From positions 18,790 to 82,789 of the forward strand of contig LKNA01000004.1 in NCBI GenBank assembly GCA_001564065.1: DNA of 64,000 bases, read 5' to 3'. How positions within the stretch are numbered: the stretch's first letter is position 1; each line of letters opens with the position of its first letter. Origin of the DNA: Chitinophagaceae bacterium T5-Br10_B2g13. GTDB lineage: Bacteria > Bacteroidota > Rhodothermia > Balneolales > Balneolaceae. Positions 31,065 to 42,000 of this stretch are shown here, piece by piece. A program made the position numbers and the translations under genes. The notes below the pieces were generated by a model. The model searched no databases, was not told the DNA's origin, and worked only from the letters and a program-made list of their open reading frames with translations.

Positions 31065-31811
31065 TTATCTCAGGGCGCTTTCCAGCTCCAAAGAGGCATC
31101 ACTACCTTCATCCCTATATTTAATAATAACAGGACAGTAAGCAGACAATCCCTGCTCTACAGCCCACTTATTTTTAATTGGTCTTGAACCCGGTATTACA
31201 ACAGCGTTTTCAGGAATTGGTGCCCCTTTTCCAAGCAGTTTCTCATTCACACAATCATAAACGGGAACTGATTTAGATAGTATTACACCGGGTGCAATCA
31301 CGGCTCCCTTTTTAACCAAAATGCCTTCAACAATTACTGAGCCCGCCCCAATAAAGCAGTCATCTTCAATTACCACGGGACTTAATCCTACGGGCTCGAG
31401 AACACCCCCGATTTGCACGCCGGCAGACAGGTGAACATTCTTTCCGATCTGAGCGCATGACCCAACAAGCGCATGACTGTCAATCATTGCGCCCTCATCA
31501 ACATATGCACCTATATTTACATAAGCAGGAGGCATAATTATAACACCTTTAGAAACGTAAGCCCCTCTGCGAACAGATGAACCTCCCGGAACAAGCCGGA
31601 CTCCATCTTCAGCTTCAAACATTCGTGGCGGCATGTTATGTTTATCAACAAAACCGTCGTAAATGCCTCCGTAGTTTACATTATCTCCTTCTTTGAAAGC
31701 AGACAGAATCGCCTCTTTCACTTCAATATTAGCACTCCAGGTTTCGCCATGCTTTTCGGCAGCTCTGACTGTCCCTTCTTCAAGTTGATCTAAAATTTCT
31801 TCCCAATTCAT
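31065..31811 (-). CDS. dapD: Tetrahydrodipicolinate N-succinyltransferase
   Basis: Hexapeptide repeats and '[25 protein letters not shown]'. The start is placed at ATG 31811 (MNWEE), just after the dapA stop. Confidence 0.93.
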   Translation of the reverse strand: MNWEEILDQLEEGTVRAAEKHGETWSANIEVKEAILSAFKEGDNVNYGGIYDGFVDKHNMPPRMFEAEDGVRLVPGGSSVRRGAYVSKGVIIMPPAYVNIGAYVDEGAMIDSHALVGSCAQIGKNVHLSAGVQIGGVLEPVGLSPVVIEDDCFIGAGSVIVEGILVKKGAVIAPGVILSKSVPVYDCVNEKLLGKGAPIPENAVVIPGSRPIKNKWAVEQGLSAYCPVIIKYRDEGSDASLELESALR

Positions 31812-31812
31812 A

Positions 31813-32691
31813 TTAGTTATTAATTTTTTTATACCAGTTTTTAATTTCTTTGTCTGCCTCTTCAAGCTGATCCAAACTTTTCATCTCTTTTGGAGTAAGA
31901 GGTTGCCTTAGTGATGAACTTTCAATCTCACCTTTATGGTGCAGCAGAACTTTAGCCGGAATTGGGTTTGGTGCCGAGAAAATAGCTTCTACAGCATGCT
32001 TCCATACTGGAAATAATGATTCCGTTTCCCCCTCCAAACATAGCTCTACATATTTAGCTGTTTCTTCAGGCCATACATTCGAAGAAACAGATACCAGACC
32101 GGAGCAACCGGCGGCTGCAAAGAATGGCATCAGTGCATCATCTCCACTAAACATAGATGCTTGAGGTACCATTTCCCGAAACTCCTGGTAATCTTCTATA
32201 CTGCCGCTGGCCTCCTTTATTGACCAAAAATTGGAATGTCCTGACAGGTCTTTCATTACCTGAGGAGGAATCTCTACTCCGGTGCGAGATGGAATATTAT
32301 AAATCATGCATGGTTTTTCAGCCACATCCATCAGCTCCCGGAACCAACGTTTTTGTCCGACAGGGCCTGGTTTTGAATATAGAGGAGCAACGAGCAGAAA
32401 TGCATCCACTTTATCGTTACAGTACTCAATCCACGATTTCTGTTTTCCAATTTGAAAACCGCCAACTCCGGCCATTACAGGTACTGAAATGTCTAAATTT
32501 TCGGCAAAGTCGATAATCGCTTTCTTCTCATCATCCTGAAGAGCTAATCCTTCGCCGGTACTCCCAATTAAAAGGATTCCATTACCGGCTGTCTCCTGCC
32601 TTCTAATCAGTTTTTCAAGATCATTATAGTGAATTTCCCCCGATTCTTTCATTGGGGTGATAAGTGCTGTCCAAAGTGTTGTGTTTATCAT
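31813..32691 (-). CDS. dapA: 4-hydroxy-tetrahydrodipicolinate synthase
   Basis: 'GSTGEG', 'YNIPSRTG', Schiff-base 'IKEASG' and 'NPIPAK'. Confidence 0.94.
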   Translation of the reverse strand: MINTTLWTALITPMKESGEIHYNDLEKLIRRQETAGNGILLIGSTGEGLALQDDEKKAIIDFAENLDISVPVMAGVGGFQIGKQKSWIEYCNDKVDAFLLVAPLYSKPGPVGQKRWFRELMDVAEKPCMIYNIPSRTGVEIPPQVMKDLSGHSNFWSIKEASGSIEDYQEFREMVPQASMFSGDDALMPFFAAAGCSGLVSVSSNVWPEETAKYVELCLEGETESLFPVWKHAVEAIFSAPNPIPAKVLLHHKGEIESSSLRQPLTPKEMKSLDQLEEADKEIKNWYKKINN

Positions 32692-33362
32692 AATAGTTTA
32701 GAAAATGCCTGATCAAAAATTGATGAAAATGGATAAACTCCCGATTCAATTTGCGGGTTTTTCAACAGGTAATCCGCAGTCCACACAGCTCCTTCCGCAA
32801 ATAGTTTTCTGCTGTGAGCCTCATGCTTGAGATAGATCGATTCATTCCGGGCCTTAAGATGCAAGTTGTGTACTCCTTTCACATCTCCCTGTCTGTCAGA
32901 CGAAATTAAAGCATCACGATCCAGCCACTTTTGCCAGGAAAGTGCCGTACCGCTTGGGGCATCTTTCTTGTGAACATGATGCACTTCATGAATGTGATAC
33001 TCGGGATCTTTCAAAAAGTCACCGCCTTTACCTAAAATGTTCAATGCTTTTCGAATCAGATTCATGCCAAGGCTAAAGTTAGAGCCAATCACCCATTTGG
33101 CATTTTTTTCTTTCACCCTATCGGGTAACTCTTTAGGCCAAGCGTAGCCAGTGGTGCCCCACACTGCCGGGATTCCGGACTCCAGAACAACGTCAACCAC
33201 TTCATCTGCAGCCTCGCCGGGCACAAATATAATAGCAACGTCTGTTTGTTTTATTTTTTTTGCAGTAATCTTGCTTTTTGAGTCAAAACAGACGGCTTTT
33301 GAGCCCAACAGCTCCGCCACCGCACTTCCTGTTTTACCTGTTCCTATTACGGATACTTTCAT
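32688..33362 (-). CDS. dapB: 4-hydroxy-tetrahydrodipicolinate reductase
   Basis: 'GTTG', 'NFSLG' and 'EVHHVHKKDAPSGTA'. Confidence 0.95.
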   Translation of the reverse strand: MKVSVIGTGKTGSAVAELLGSKAVCFDSKSKITAKKIKQTDVAIIFVPGEAADEVVDVVLESGIPAVWGTTGYAWPKELPDRVKEKNAKWVIGSNFSLGMNLIRKALNILGKGGDFLKDPEYHIHEVHHVHKKDAPSGTALSWQKWLDRDALISSDRQGDVKGVHNLHLKARNESIYLKHEAHSRKLFAEGAVWTADYLLKNPQIESGVYPFSSIFDQAFSKLL

Positions 33363-33372
33363 GATAAATTTA

Positions 33373-34719
33373 TTAAATAAATCGTTCGTGTAACTTCTGA
33401 ACTACTACTTCTGCCCGGTCCTGATCAACTAAAAAGCAGAGGTTGTGAGAACTGGCCCCATGACATATTAGTCGAACATTAATTCCATCAAGTGAGCTGA
33501 AAACCGGTCCGCTCAGTCCGGAGGTAGTATGCAGGTTATTCCCTATTAATGCAATCAGAGACAGATTCTGCTCAACTTCAACCTCACAGAAAGTTTTTAG
33601 TTCATTTATGGCTTTCTTAGGCAGAAAATCTATACCGGAAGTACCTGCATTTGTATCCAGTGTGAGTGATACACTAACCTCACTTGTTGTAACAAGGTCT
33701 ACACTTATTTTGTGATTCGAAAGAACCTGAAACAGTTGAGCCAGAAAACCGTGCCGGTGTAACATATCCAGGCTATGTACTGTTAGCAATGTTTGATTTC
33801 TTCGCAAACTGATTGCCCGGATCGGTGGTTTCTCTTTTGTATTTTTCATGATCCAGGTTCCGGGAAGGTGCGGCTCTATACTTGAACCTACATAAACCCT
33901 GATATTTTTTCGAATAGCCGGAACCATCGTGGCCGGATGCAGCACCTTCGCACCAAATACTGAAAGTTCTGCTGCCTCATCAAAACTGATTTCTGTAATT
34001 GGTTTGGCATTTTTTACAATCCTGGGGTCTGTGGTGTAAACAGCCGTTACATCAGTCCAGATTTCCAGCACATCTGCATTAACAGCTTCTGCAAAAAGTG
34101 CAGCAGAATAGTCGCTGCCTCCCCTGCCCAAAGTTGTCGTAACTCCGCTTCTTGTTCGCCCGATAAATCCCTGGGTTACAAAACAGGTCTCTTGTAAATG
34201 AGGTAGAATTCTGTTTTCTGCATTTTTTTCAATTTGGTCAACATCCGGTTCTGCCGATCCGTGATTATGATCTGTTTGAATGATATCTCGTGCATCCAGC
34301 CATTCTGCCCTATCCCCAATTAATTCCCGTAACACGTAAGTGAAAATTGATGATGAAAGAAGTTCTCCAAAGGAGAGTACTTCATCGCTATATTGTGGGG
34401 TTGCAGGCTTGGATGACAATACTTTCTCCTCAAGCTCATTAACCAGATGTTCAATTTTTTGTCTGGCTTGATCTCCATAAACCAAATGGCTGCAAATTTC
34501 CAGATGTTTTTCTCTAATCCGTTCAACTATCTTTTCCTTCTCAGGCAGTTCTGTTAAGGAAACAATTGTTATTAATAGATTTGTAGTGCCGGAAGTAGCA
34601 CTAACTACAATAACTTTTTTGTCGCTGTCCGATTTTACAATATTGGCACAGCGTTTCATGGCTTCGTAATCGGCCATGCTGGTGCCACCAAATTTTGCAA
34701 CTTTAATCAAGTCTGGCAT
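33373..34719 (-). CDS. lysC: Aspartate kinase (LysC, AK III-like)
   Basis: 'KFGGTS', 'LGRGGSDYSA', 'GAKVLHP' and two ACT domains. Confidence 0.96.
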   Translation of the reverse strand: MPDLIKVAKFGGTSMADYEAMKRCANIVKSDSDKKVIVVSATSGTTNLLITIVSLTELPEKEKIVERIREKHLEICSHLVYGDQARQKIEHLVNELEEKVLSSKPATPQYSDEVLSFGELLSSSIFTYVLRELIGDRAEWLDARDIIQTDHNHGSAEPDVDQIEKNAENRILPHLQETCFVTQGFIGRTRSGVTTTLGRGGSDYSAALFAEAVNADVLEIWTDVTAVYTTDPRIVKNAKPITEISFDEAAELSVFGAKVLHPATMVPAIRKNIRVYVGSSIEPHLPGTWIMKNTKEKPPIRAISLRRNQTLLTVHSLDMLHRHGFLAQLFQVLSNHKISVDLVTTSEVSVSLTLDTNAGTSGIDFLPKKAINELKTFCEVEVEQNLSLIALIGNNLHTTSGLSGPVFSSLDGINVRLICHGASSHNLCFLVDQDRAEVVVQKLHERFI

Positions 34720-34989
34720 TTATTAACTATCATATTTTTAGTGGGTGCGAATATAGTAATTTCGATCTGATAAGTCACCCTGTTTACGACCGTCCCATTT
34801 GCAAAACGAATTTTGTATCGAAATGTTCCGTCCCGATTATTTGTTAAGAAAGCGAGAGCAAACTCTTCTGTTCAAAGCTATAGATTTGAATAAAAGTTTT
34901 TGTATTTTGTTCGACTAAGACAGATGGCGGTGTTATTTGATATCGCTCTTGGAACAAGAAGTTTAATTAAATCAACCGGGTGATTATTC

Positions 34990-35082
34990 ATGCCAAGCGG
35001 AAAGAAAAGAAAACGAGCAAAAATTGCTAAGCACAAACGGAAAAAGCGACTACGCAAAAACCGTCATAAGAAGAAAAAGTAA
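34990..35082 (+). CDS. 30S ribosomal protein bS22 (AURKAIP1/COX24-like), 30 aa; not in the ORF track
   Basis: Translates to MPSGKKRKRAKIAKHKRKKRLRKNRHKKKK*, matching the Bacteroidota bS22 pattern. It has its own terminator. Confidence 0.92.
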   Translation: MPSGKKRKRAKIAKHKRKKRLRKNRHKKKK

Positions 35083-35107
35083 GCGACCTGCTTGCAGTAG
35101 AAATTTC

Positions 35108-35134
35108 AGGGCACTCATTGAAGTGCCCTTTTTT
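35108..35134 (+). terminator. Terminator after bS22
   Basis: AGGGCACT-cattga-AGTGCCCT followed by a T-run. Confidence 0.85.
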
Positions 35135-35137
35135 ATT

Positions 35138-35788
35138 TCAGGCAGCTATTACGGATACACTTCTGTCTGCAATTTTTATAATTCGGTTAGCCTTATACAG
35201 TAGGTGAGTCAATTTCCGGCTTACAAATTCATTCACCTCGTTCAGGCTTTCAAGATCCGTCATAGTAAACTGAAAATAGGAAATCAGATTGATTGCAGTG
35301 AGATATTTTCCGTGTGAATCTCCATCAATTTCGAGATGCCACCGTGTAATGATATCGTCGCTGATCAGAAGTTCGTTAACTTCCTTACTGACACGATCCA
35401 TCCACTCACTCGCTTTTTCAATGCGATAGTTGGTGTCTCCATTGGTTTGATTTGGCTGGCTTTTTCGTTCATCAAAATGCCAAACCAGTTCAACATCTAT
35501 CGATGGCGAAATATTCACCTCAGTGAGATGTTTCTTTTTCAGCATTGGATGTTTATCCGTACCGTTTAGCTGATTTGCAAGATTGGCTTCACGGAAGCTG
35601 TCCCAGTCGAAATTAATGTCAAGTTGCTTGAGATGATTTGTCGAATCTTTTAAATCAATAACGATTTCCAGACCTGCAGCATTGATTTTGGATTCTTCCC
35701 AAGTTTTGAATTTTTCGACGTTTATATTTCTCTTGTTCAGCTGGCTATTTATTTTGTTTACTACCGATTGAAAAATAGGATATTGCAT
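35138..35788 (-). CDS. Hypothetical protein (216 aa)
   Basis: Long ATG-started ORF, divergent from rqcH. No family recognised. Confidence 0.75.
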   Translation of the reverse strand: MQYPIFQSVVNKINSQLNKRNINVEKFKTWEESKINAAGLEIVIDLKDSTNHLKQLDINFDWDSFREANLANQLNGTDKHPMLKKKHLTEVNISPSIDVELVWHFDERKSQPNQTNGDTNYRIEKASEWMDRVSKEVNELLISDDIITRWHLEIDGDSHGKYLTAINLISYFQFTMTDLESLNEVNEFVSRKLTHLLYKANRIIKIADRSVSVIAA

Positions 35789-35831
35789 ATTCGTACTCTT
35801 TCAGGTTTAGTCAACTTTTTCTCTCGCTCGA

Positions 35832-37415
35832 ATGAATAACTTTTACGCTTTAATATATCTATCAAAGGAGTTAAATCCCAAATTTACAGGCCGTAAATTT
35901 GACTTCAGTTACTCTCCGCACAAAGATGTTTGGGAGGGATATTTTAGTTCCGGCAACAACACAGACCGGCTGATATTTAGCTCAAACCCATCTGAAACGG
36001 CAATTTTTACCGATAAATATCGTGGGGCAAAAAAATCGAATGTTACCGAGTTCTTCGGGAGCCTGAAAAATCAGAAAATTTTAACGATCGAGCTGGCCGA
36101 ACAGGATCGAATTCTCTCTTTAAAATTTGAAAGCGGAGAAAAGCTTGTTTTTCAGGCTTTTGGTAATAAGCCAAATCTATTTTTAGTAAAGGATGGTAAA
36201 ATTATCGAATCCTTTAAGGGAAGTGACGAACTGCTCGGCAAACCTGAGCCGACACCCCGCCCCCCAAAAGAGAAAGAATTTCCAAATAAGGAGTTATCAG
36301 CAAAGCGGACAATCCTTCATTTTTACCCCGCGTTTCCCCGTCATTTGATTCAGCCGGTTATTATTCATTATAGCTTAGAAGAAAAATCGATGGAGGCCGC
36401 AAAAAAGATTGCGGATCAACTGGTAACTGCCATGCTGAACAGAGCAGAGTTCAGAATATTGAACGACGGTAATCTCTGCCTTATTCCGAATGATTTGCTC
36501 CCCATTGAAAATATGGAAACGTTTAGCAGTGTAAACGATGCAATTCGCTTTGCATATTATAAAACATCCCGTGAGCGACGGCTTTCAACACGTATTCAAA
36601 CTTTTAAACCTAAGCTGGAAGAGACGTTAAAGCGGAACGAATCGACAATTGAGCAACTGGAGAATGCTGAAAAAGGCCTGGACCGTGCTGAGAAATATGA
36701 AGAGTATGGCCACCTTTTGATGTCTCATGCTCATGAAAAAATAGATCAGGGTACAGAATCCATCACGGTTCAAAACTTTTATGATGACAATGAACCCATT
36801 GACATTCCACTTAAACCAAAGCTGAGCATTGCGGAGAATGCTCAGCGCTACTACGACAAATCAGCAAAAGCAATCAGAAGTGTTGAGGAGTCAAAAAACA
36901 GACTCAAAAAACTGAAGAAAGAGACAAAAAAGCTGAAGTCGGTCATACGGACGTTCAATGAAATTGAAAAAATTTATGAGTTTGACGATTGGTATAAAGA
37001 GAACGAAGATGAACTGAAACGCCTGGGTGTACTCTCTAAAGCCAAACAGGTTACGTCACTCCCCTACAAGAGAACTGTAATAGACGGCTATGAAGTATGG
37101 ATTGGGAAAAATGCTAAAAGTAACGACAGGCTTACCTCAGATGCCCATAAAGAAGATGTTTGGCTTCATGCCCGGGGTGTTTCGGGATCTCATGTGGTGA
37201 TTCGAATGAATAATCAAAAAGAGATGCCCCCTAAACATGTTATCTTAAAAGCTGCGGCCGTTGCCGCCTGGCATTCGAAAGCGAAAGGAAGCAAACTTGC
37301 CCCGGTAATTGTTACAAAACGAAAATACGTTACCAAACCGAAAGGTTCGGCCACAGGAGCCGTTAGAGTGCAGCGCGAAGATGTAGAAATGGTAACCCCA
37401 CAAAAAGATTTTTAA
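35832..37415 (+). CDS. rqcH: NFACT family ribosome quality-control protein (RqcH/FbpA)
   Basis: 'DRIL' NFACT-N motif, 'ENAQRYY' coiled coil and NFACT-R 'GKNAKSND...WLHARGVSGSHV...KPKG..GAV'. Confidence 0.88.
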   Translation: MNNFYALIYLSKELNPKFTGRKFDFSYSPHKDVWEGYFSSGNNTDRLIFSSNPSETAIFTDKYRGAKKSNVTEFFGSLKNQKILTIELAEQDRILSLKFESGEKLVFQAFGNKPNLFLVKDGKIIESFKGSDELLGKPEPTPRPPKEKEFPNKELSAKRTILHFYPAFPRHLIQPVIIHYSLEEKSMEAAKKIADQLVTAMLNRAEFRILNDGNLCLIPNDLLPIENMETFSSVNDAIRFAYYKTSRERRLSTRIQTFKPKLEETLKRNESTIEQLENAEKGLDRAEKYEEYGHLLMSHAHEKIDQGTESITVQNFYDDNEPIDIPLKPKLSIAENAQRYYDKSAKAIRSVEESKNRLKKLKKETKKLKSVIRTFNEIEKIYEFDDWYKENEDELKRLGVLSKAKQVTSLPYKRTVIDGYEVWIGKNAKSNDRLTSDAHKEDVWLHARGVSGSHVVIRMNNQKEMPPKHVILKAAAVAAWHSKAKGSKLAPVIVTKRKYVTKPKGSATGAVRVQREDVEMVTPQKDF

Positions 37416-37966
37416 TGAAAGACAATCTCTTAACACAACCCCTGTTCCTGTGTGGGATGATGGGGGCCGGCAAATCCACAATCGGCAGAAATATTGCACA
37501 GAAATTATCCGTGTCGTTTCACGACCTGGACAACCTCATTGAGGAGAAAGAAGGTCAATCCATTCCCGAAATTTTTAAAAAAAATGGTGAAGATCACTTC
37601 AGGGAAATTGAAAAAGAGCTGATTGTCAGGTTTTCGCAGTCAGCAGAAGGAGTTGTTGCACTTGGAGGAGGGACACTTCAAAATCAGCAGATTGTAGACC
37701 ACATTAAACTCAATGGCTGGCTCGTATTTTTAGATTGCAATCCCGAAACTCTATATCATCGCATAAGCAAGAACTCCGGCCGGCCAATGGTTGCAAGTCT
37801 TAATGATGAAGAGTTAAAACGAAGGATCTCGACTTTGCTTAAAAATCGATTGAAATTTTATCAACAAGCACATTTCAGTGTAGAGTGCAATAACAGGAAC
37901 ATTGATGATATTTTGGAAGAACTGATTCAAAAATTGAAAATTTATGAGCAAAAACATACAGATTAA
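37415..37966 (+). CDS. aroK: Shikimate kinase
   Basis: 'GMMGAGKST', 'GEDHFRE', 'LGGG' and 'RP'. Confidence 0.95.
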   Translation: MKDNLLTQPLFLCGMMGAGKSTIGRNIAQKLSVSFHDLDNLIEEKEGQSIPEIFKKNGEDHFREIEKELIVRFSQSAEGVVALGGGTLQNQQIVDHIKLNGWLVFLDCNPETLYHRISKNSGRPMVASLNDEELKRRISTLLKNRLKFYQQAHFSVECNNRNIDDILEELIQKLKIYEQKHTD

Positions 37967-39035
37967 TACTTCTCCATATTCCTACAATGCTGTAGTTGGT
38001 GAAGGAATTTTTGAAGAACAGGTAAAAGAAATTTCAGACTCATTTGAAGGAGACATCAATTTTCTTCTTGTTGATGAGAATGTTGAAAAATACCATTCAG
38101 AAATTATTGACAAAGCTTTTGAAGCCACCGGTAAAAGGTTTTACCTGATGTCTGTGCCTGAAGGTGAGCAAAGTAAATCGATCGATTTCTGGACTACTTG
38201 TGTGGAATTCCTTCTGGAAAATGGTGTTCGTCGAAATACTCCGGTTTTTGTAATGGGCGGTGGAGTAACCGGAGATGTTGGCGGCTTTGCAGCTGCATCT
38301 GCCCTGCGGGGAGCTCCCTTAATTCATATACCGACTACCGTACTGGCTATGGTTGACAGCTCAATCGGGGGGAAAACGGGAGTAAATCACTCAACAGGGA
38401 AAAATCTGATTGGTGCGTTTTATCAGCCTAAAAAAGTAGTGGCCGACATTGGCTTTCTGAAAACACTGCCCAGAAATGAGTGGACCAACGGTCTTAGCGA
38501 AATTTTAAAATACGGTGCCATAGAGAGGGCTGATATTCTGGATCGGGCTCAGCTTTTCCTGGAAGACGATTTATCCCCAATTTCACATGAAAATCTCATA
38601 GAATTAATAGCAGACTGCATTCAGATTAAAGCAGACATTGTTGAAAAAGATGAGTTTGAAGGGAATATTCGAGCCTATTTAAACTTCGGACATACGTTTG
38701 CTCATGCACTGGAAAAAGATTGCGGATATCAGTCCATTAGTCACGGCGAAGCTGTTTACCTTGGAATGTTGGCTGCTATCGATCTTTCCAATCAACTGGG
38801 TGCAGATTTAAAACCGGATAAGCTTCTCAAATATCGATCATTATACCGTTACAGAGTTTCTAAAGATCAGTTATCTTTAGAAGATTTGATGAATCACATG
38901 AAATTTGACAAGAAACGTACCAATCAACACATTCGGTTCGTTCTGCTCAAAGAGTGGCAATCTCCTGTTCTAAAGATAGTGGAGTCAGAAAGTGCTATTC
39001 ATCAAGCCTGGCAGACAGCTCTACAAGAAATTTAA
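37944..39035 (+). CDS. aroB: 3-dehydroquinate synthase
   Basis: 'GGGVTGDVGGF', 'DSSIGGKTGVN', 'LNFGHT' and 'HGEAV'. Confidence 0.97.
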   Translation: MSKNIQINTSPYSYNAVVGEGIFEEQVKEISDSFEGDINFLLVDENVEKYHSEIIDKAFEATGKRFYLMSVPEGEQSKSIDFWTTCVEFLLENGVRRNTPVFVMGGGVTGDVGGFAAASALRGAPLIHIPTTVLAMVDSSIGGKTGVNHSTGKNLIGAFYQPKKVVADIGFLKTLPRNEWTNGLSEILKYGAIERADILDRAQLFLEDDLSPISHENLIELIADCIQIKADIVEKDEFEGNIRAYLNFGHTFAHALEKDCGYQSISHGEAVYLGMLAAIDLSNQLGADLKPDKLLKYRSLYRYRVSKDQLSLEDLMNHMKFDKKRTNQHIRFVLLKEWQSPVLKIVESESAIHQAWQTALQEI

Positions 39036-39063
39036 CTTTTACCTTTAAACCCTCTTTACTTCT

Positions 39064-42000
39064 TTGATTTACCGATGGCTATATAACATCTGGAGATTTT
39101 TATTAATCTCTGTTTCCATAATAGCAGGAGTTTCTCTCTCCTTACTGCTTATTATACTGGGTGTTATTCAGCTTCCTCAGTCTAAGGATTATCTAAAAAC
39201 CCAAATTGAGAGTACGTTTGAGGAGCAGTTTGAAGGTTCACTTTCCATCAACTCAATTGAAGGTTTTATACCGTTTCAAGTAAATTTTACAGGTGGACAG
39301 TTTTACGCCCGGGGCGACCTTTCACATCCGGTAATTTCGTTTGAAAATGCAAGGGCAGACGTAGATTGGTGGGATCTGCTCCGGAAAAATCTTACGATAA
39401 ACTCCTTTGAGCTCCAGGAACCTGCTATACATATTTCCCGCAGTGACGAAGGATTAAATATTGCACAGATTTTTAATCGGCTAGCTCCGGAAGAAACCTC
39501 GAGACAGCCTGATGAAGAAGCAGACCTGATTGATCAGATCAGAATTTTTGATGAAATAGACTTTTATGCACCACGTCTGTCCATCATTAACGGTTCGATA
39601 TTAGTTACATCAAGTGTTGAATTGCCTGATAACCTACACCTTCCGGAAACACTAAACATACTTCACCTGAACGCAGATCTTTTCCTGGAAATTACGGAGT
39701 CTCAGCTTTTTGCCGACATTTCCAATTTTAGCGCCACGCTGCCCGATACCCCGTATAAGTATGTTCGAATTGCGGGACAGTTCTACAACGACGATCGTTT
39801 TTTCGAAGTTAACGGATTGAACATCAGTACGGCTGAAAGTGAACTCGATCTCAGCTTTGAAGCACAACCTGTATCCATTTTCAGACAACAGCTTACCCTG
39901 AAAGAACAGCTTTTAGATGCTGAATACAGAACAACTATAAACACGGCAACTTTTTCAAACAGTTTTGCGCGCCTCTTTATCCCTGAATTCCCGGATATGG
40001 ACGCAGATATCACCCTCGAAGCTCAAGCCGAAGGTAACGCTCAAAATTTCTTTATTGACCGTTTTCAGGCTCTTTACGGAGAAACTGCCATTATTTCCAC
40101 GGCAACCGTAGAAAACCTATTTACAAATGAGATCAGCTACGACGCTCAGATAGATAACATCGTTCTGCAACCGGATCAGTTTCAGTGGATATCGGATAAC
40201 TATTTTAACCAGTTCGATACCCGTTTATATCAGAATACAATCCTACGCGGCGACCTATTTGGGAATTTGCAGGAAACCGGGGCTGACTTAAAGGTTGAAA
40301 CAGAGGTTGGTTCGATGCAGCTGGATATTTTCATGAACCACCGGGAAGAATCCGGTTATGAACTGCTCGCTGAACTTGATTCGCTGGATATTTCACCGAT
40401 TCTTAAAGACACCCTAACCACTACCATGCTAAATGGGCGCCTGGCTCTCTCCGGGTCAGGATTTGATAAAAATGCAGCACTAAATGCATCCCTTGATCTT
40501 TCCGGAAGTACAATATTTGATCTCGATTTTCAGACTATTATTGCAGAAGCTAATTACTCTGAAGAACAGTTATCCTACTCAGCTCAGGTTCGTGATGATT
40601 ACGGCACTCTTCAAGCTACCGGCCGCTTTTATGAGAATGAATCCTATCCGGAATTTACGATCGACGGAGCTGTACAGAACTTCAATTTTGCCACATATAC
40701 AGACTATTTTCAAAGTGAATCTACCGACTTTAATGCTACATTTTCAGGCAACATAAGAGGGAATAGCGTAGATGAAGCTCACGGCAGAGTAAGTGTAGAA
40801 GTGGATCGTTTCATCTCCGGTTCCGATACACTGCGATCTCATCAGCTATATGCAGATCTCAGTCCGCCAAATCAGCAACCCAGAATTTTACGATTCACCA
40901 GCTCCTTCTTTGACGGGGAGATTGAAGGTACCATCGCGCCAACCACCATTCAAAATTTTGCCGCTTACTGGAACAACTATTTCCAGGAACGGATACGCAG
41001 AGAAGTCCTCTTTGACCAGGAATTCGTATTGGCTGATTTAGAACTGCCAGATCAAGCATTTGAATATCCGGAGCTGGATCTTTCGCTTCAGGTATCCATT
41101 AAAGATCTTAATCTCCTGAGACACTATCTGCCCGTCCTCCCTGAAATGCAGAGCCGGGCCAGATTAACGGCGTCAGTTAACGCCTCCGAAAGCGCTCTTT
41201 CCATGTCGGGCACACTTTTCGAGGAGAATTTCAGAACTGGCAACGTGGAAGCGAGAAATGTGAACACCTCGCTGTCTGCAGAGTTCAATTACGGTGAGTC
41301 AATCCGGGATTTCGGAAATATGGATGTACAGTTTAACAGCGGGGTGATAAATGTAAACGAGATGACATTCCTGGATAGCTATCTCAACTTTTCCATGAGA
41401 AATGATTCCCTACAGCTGCAGCAACAGTTTGTCCGTGATGATAATATTGAGCTCCAATCTACCTTATCCGGAGTGCTGAGCCCCGGCAAATTTGAAGTTA
41501 CCGTAAATAACCTACTCATTGGAACACCTCAATATAACTGGCGTTCTGAGGGTACTTCTCAATTTATCTACACGGATGACCATAAGCTTACACTGAACAA
41601 TGTTAGACTGACCAGTGATCGGGACCTGCTTGAGATTAATGGTACTTTCAGTGATGCTTTTGAAGACTCGGTTGATTTTAGAATTGACAATTTCGATCTG
41701 TCCAGAATTTCCGACCTGATCGGCGGGCGTATTTCCTTCTCAGGTATTTTAGATGGTGAGTTCATCACACGCTCTTTAACACAGATCCCAAGTATTCAGG
41801 GAAATATCAGCGTTGAAGAGGGTAGAATTAATGGAAGGCTGGTTGGAGATGTAGAGTTAAACAGCGCGTTTAATTCTGATGAAAACAGATTCGATACAAA
41901 CGTCCACGTATTTACCGACCCCGAAAAATATTCAAACTATATTGGAAGAAATGATGGGATAGGTCAGGATCTCCGACTAAACGGTTATGTAAAAATACCA

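Noticed and set aside
34720-34989. Possible lysine riboswitch upstream of lysC
   Set aside because: No AGAGG(U/C)GC-type lysine aptamer core or terminator was seen on the minus strand. A promoter-like TATATTCG sits only about 30 nt before the start, leaving no room.
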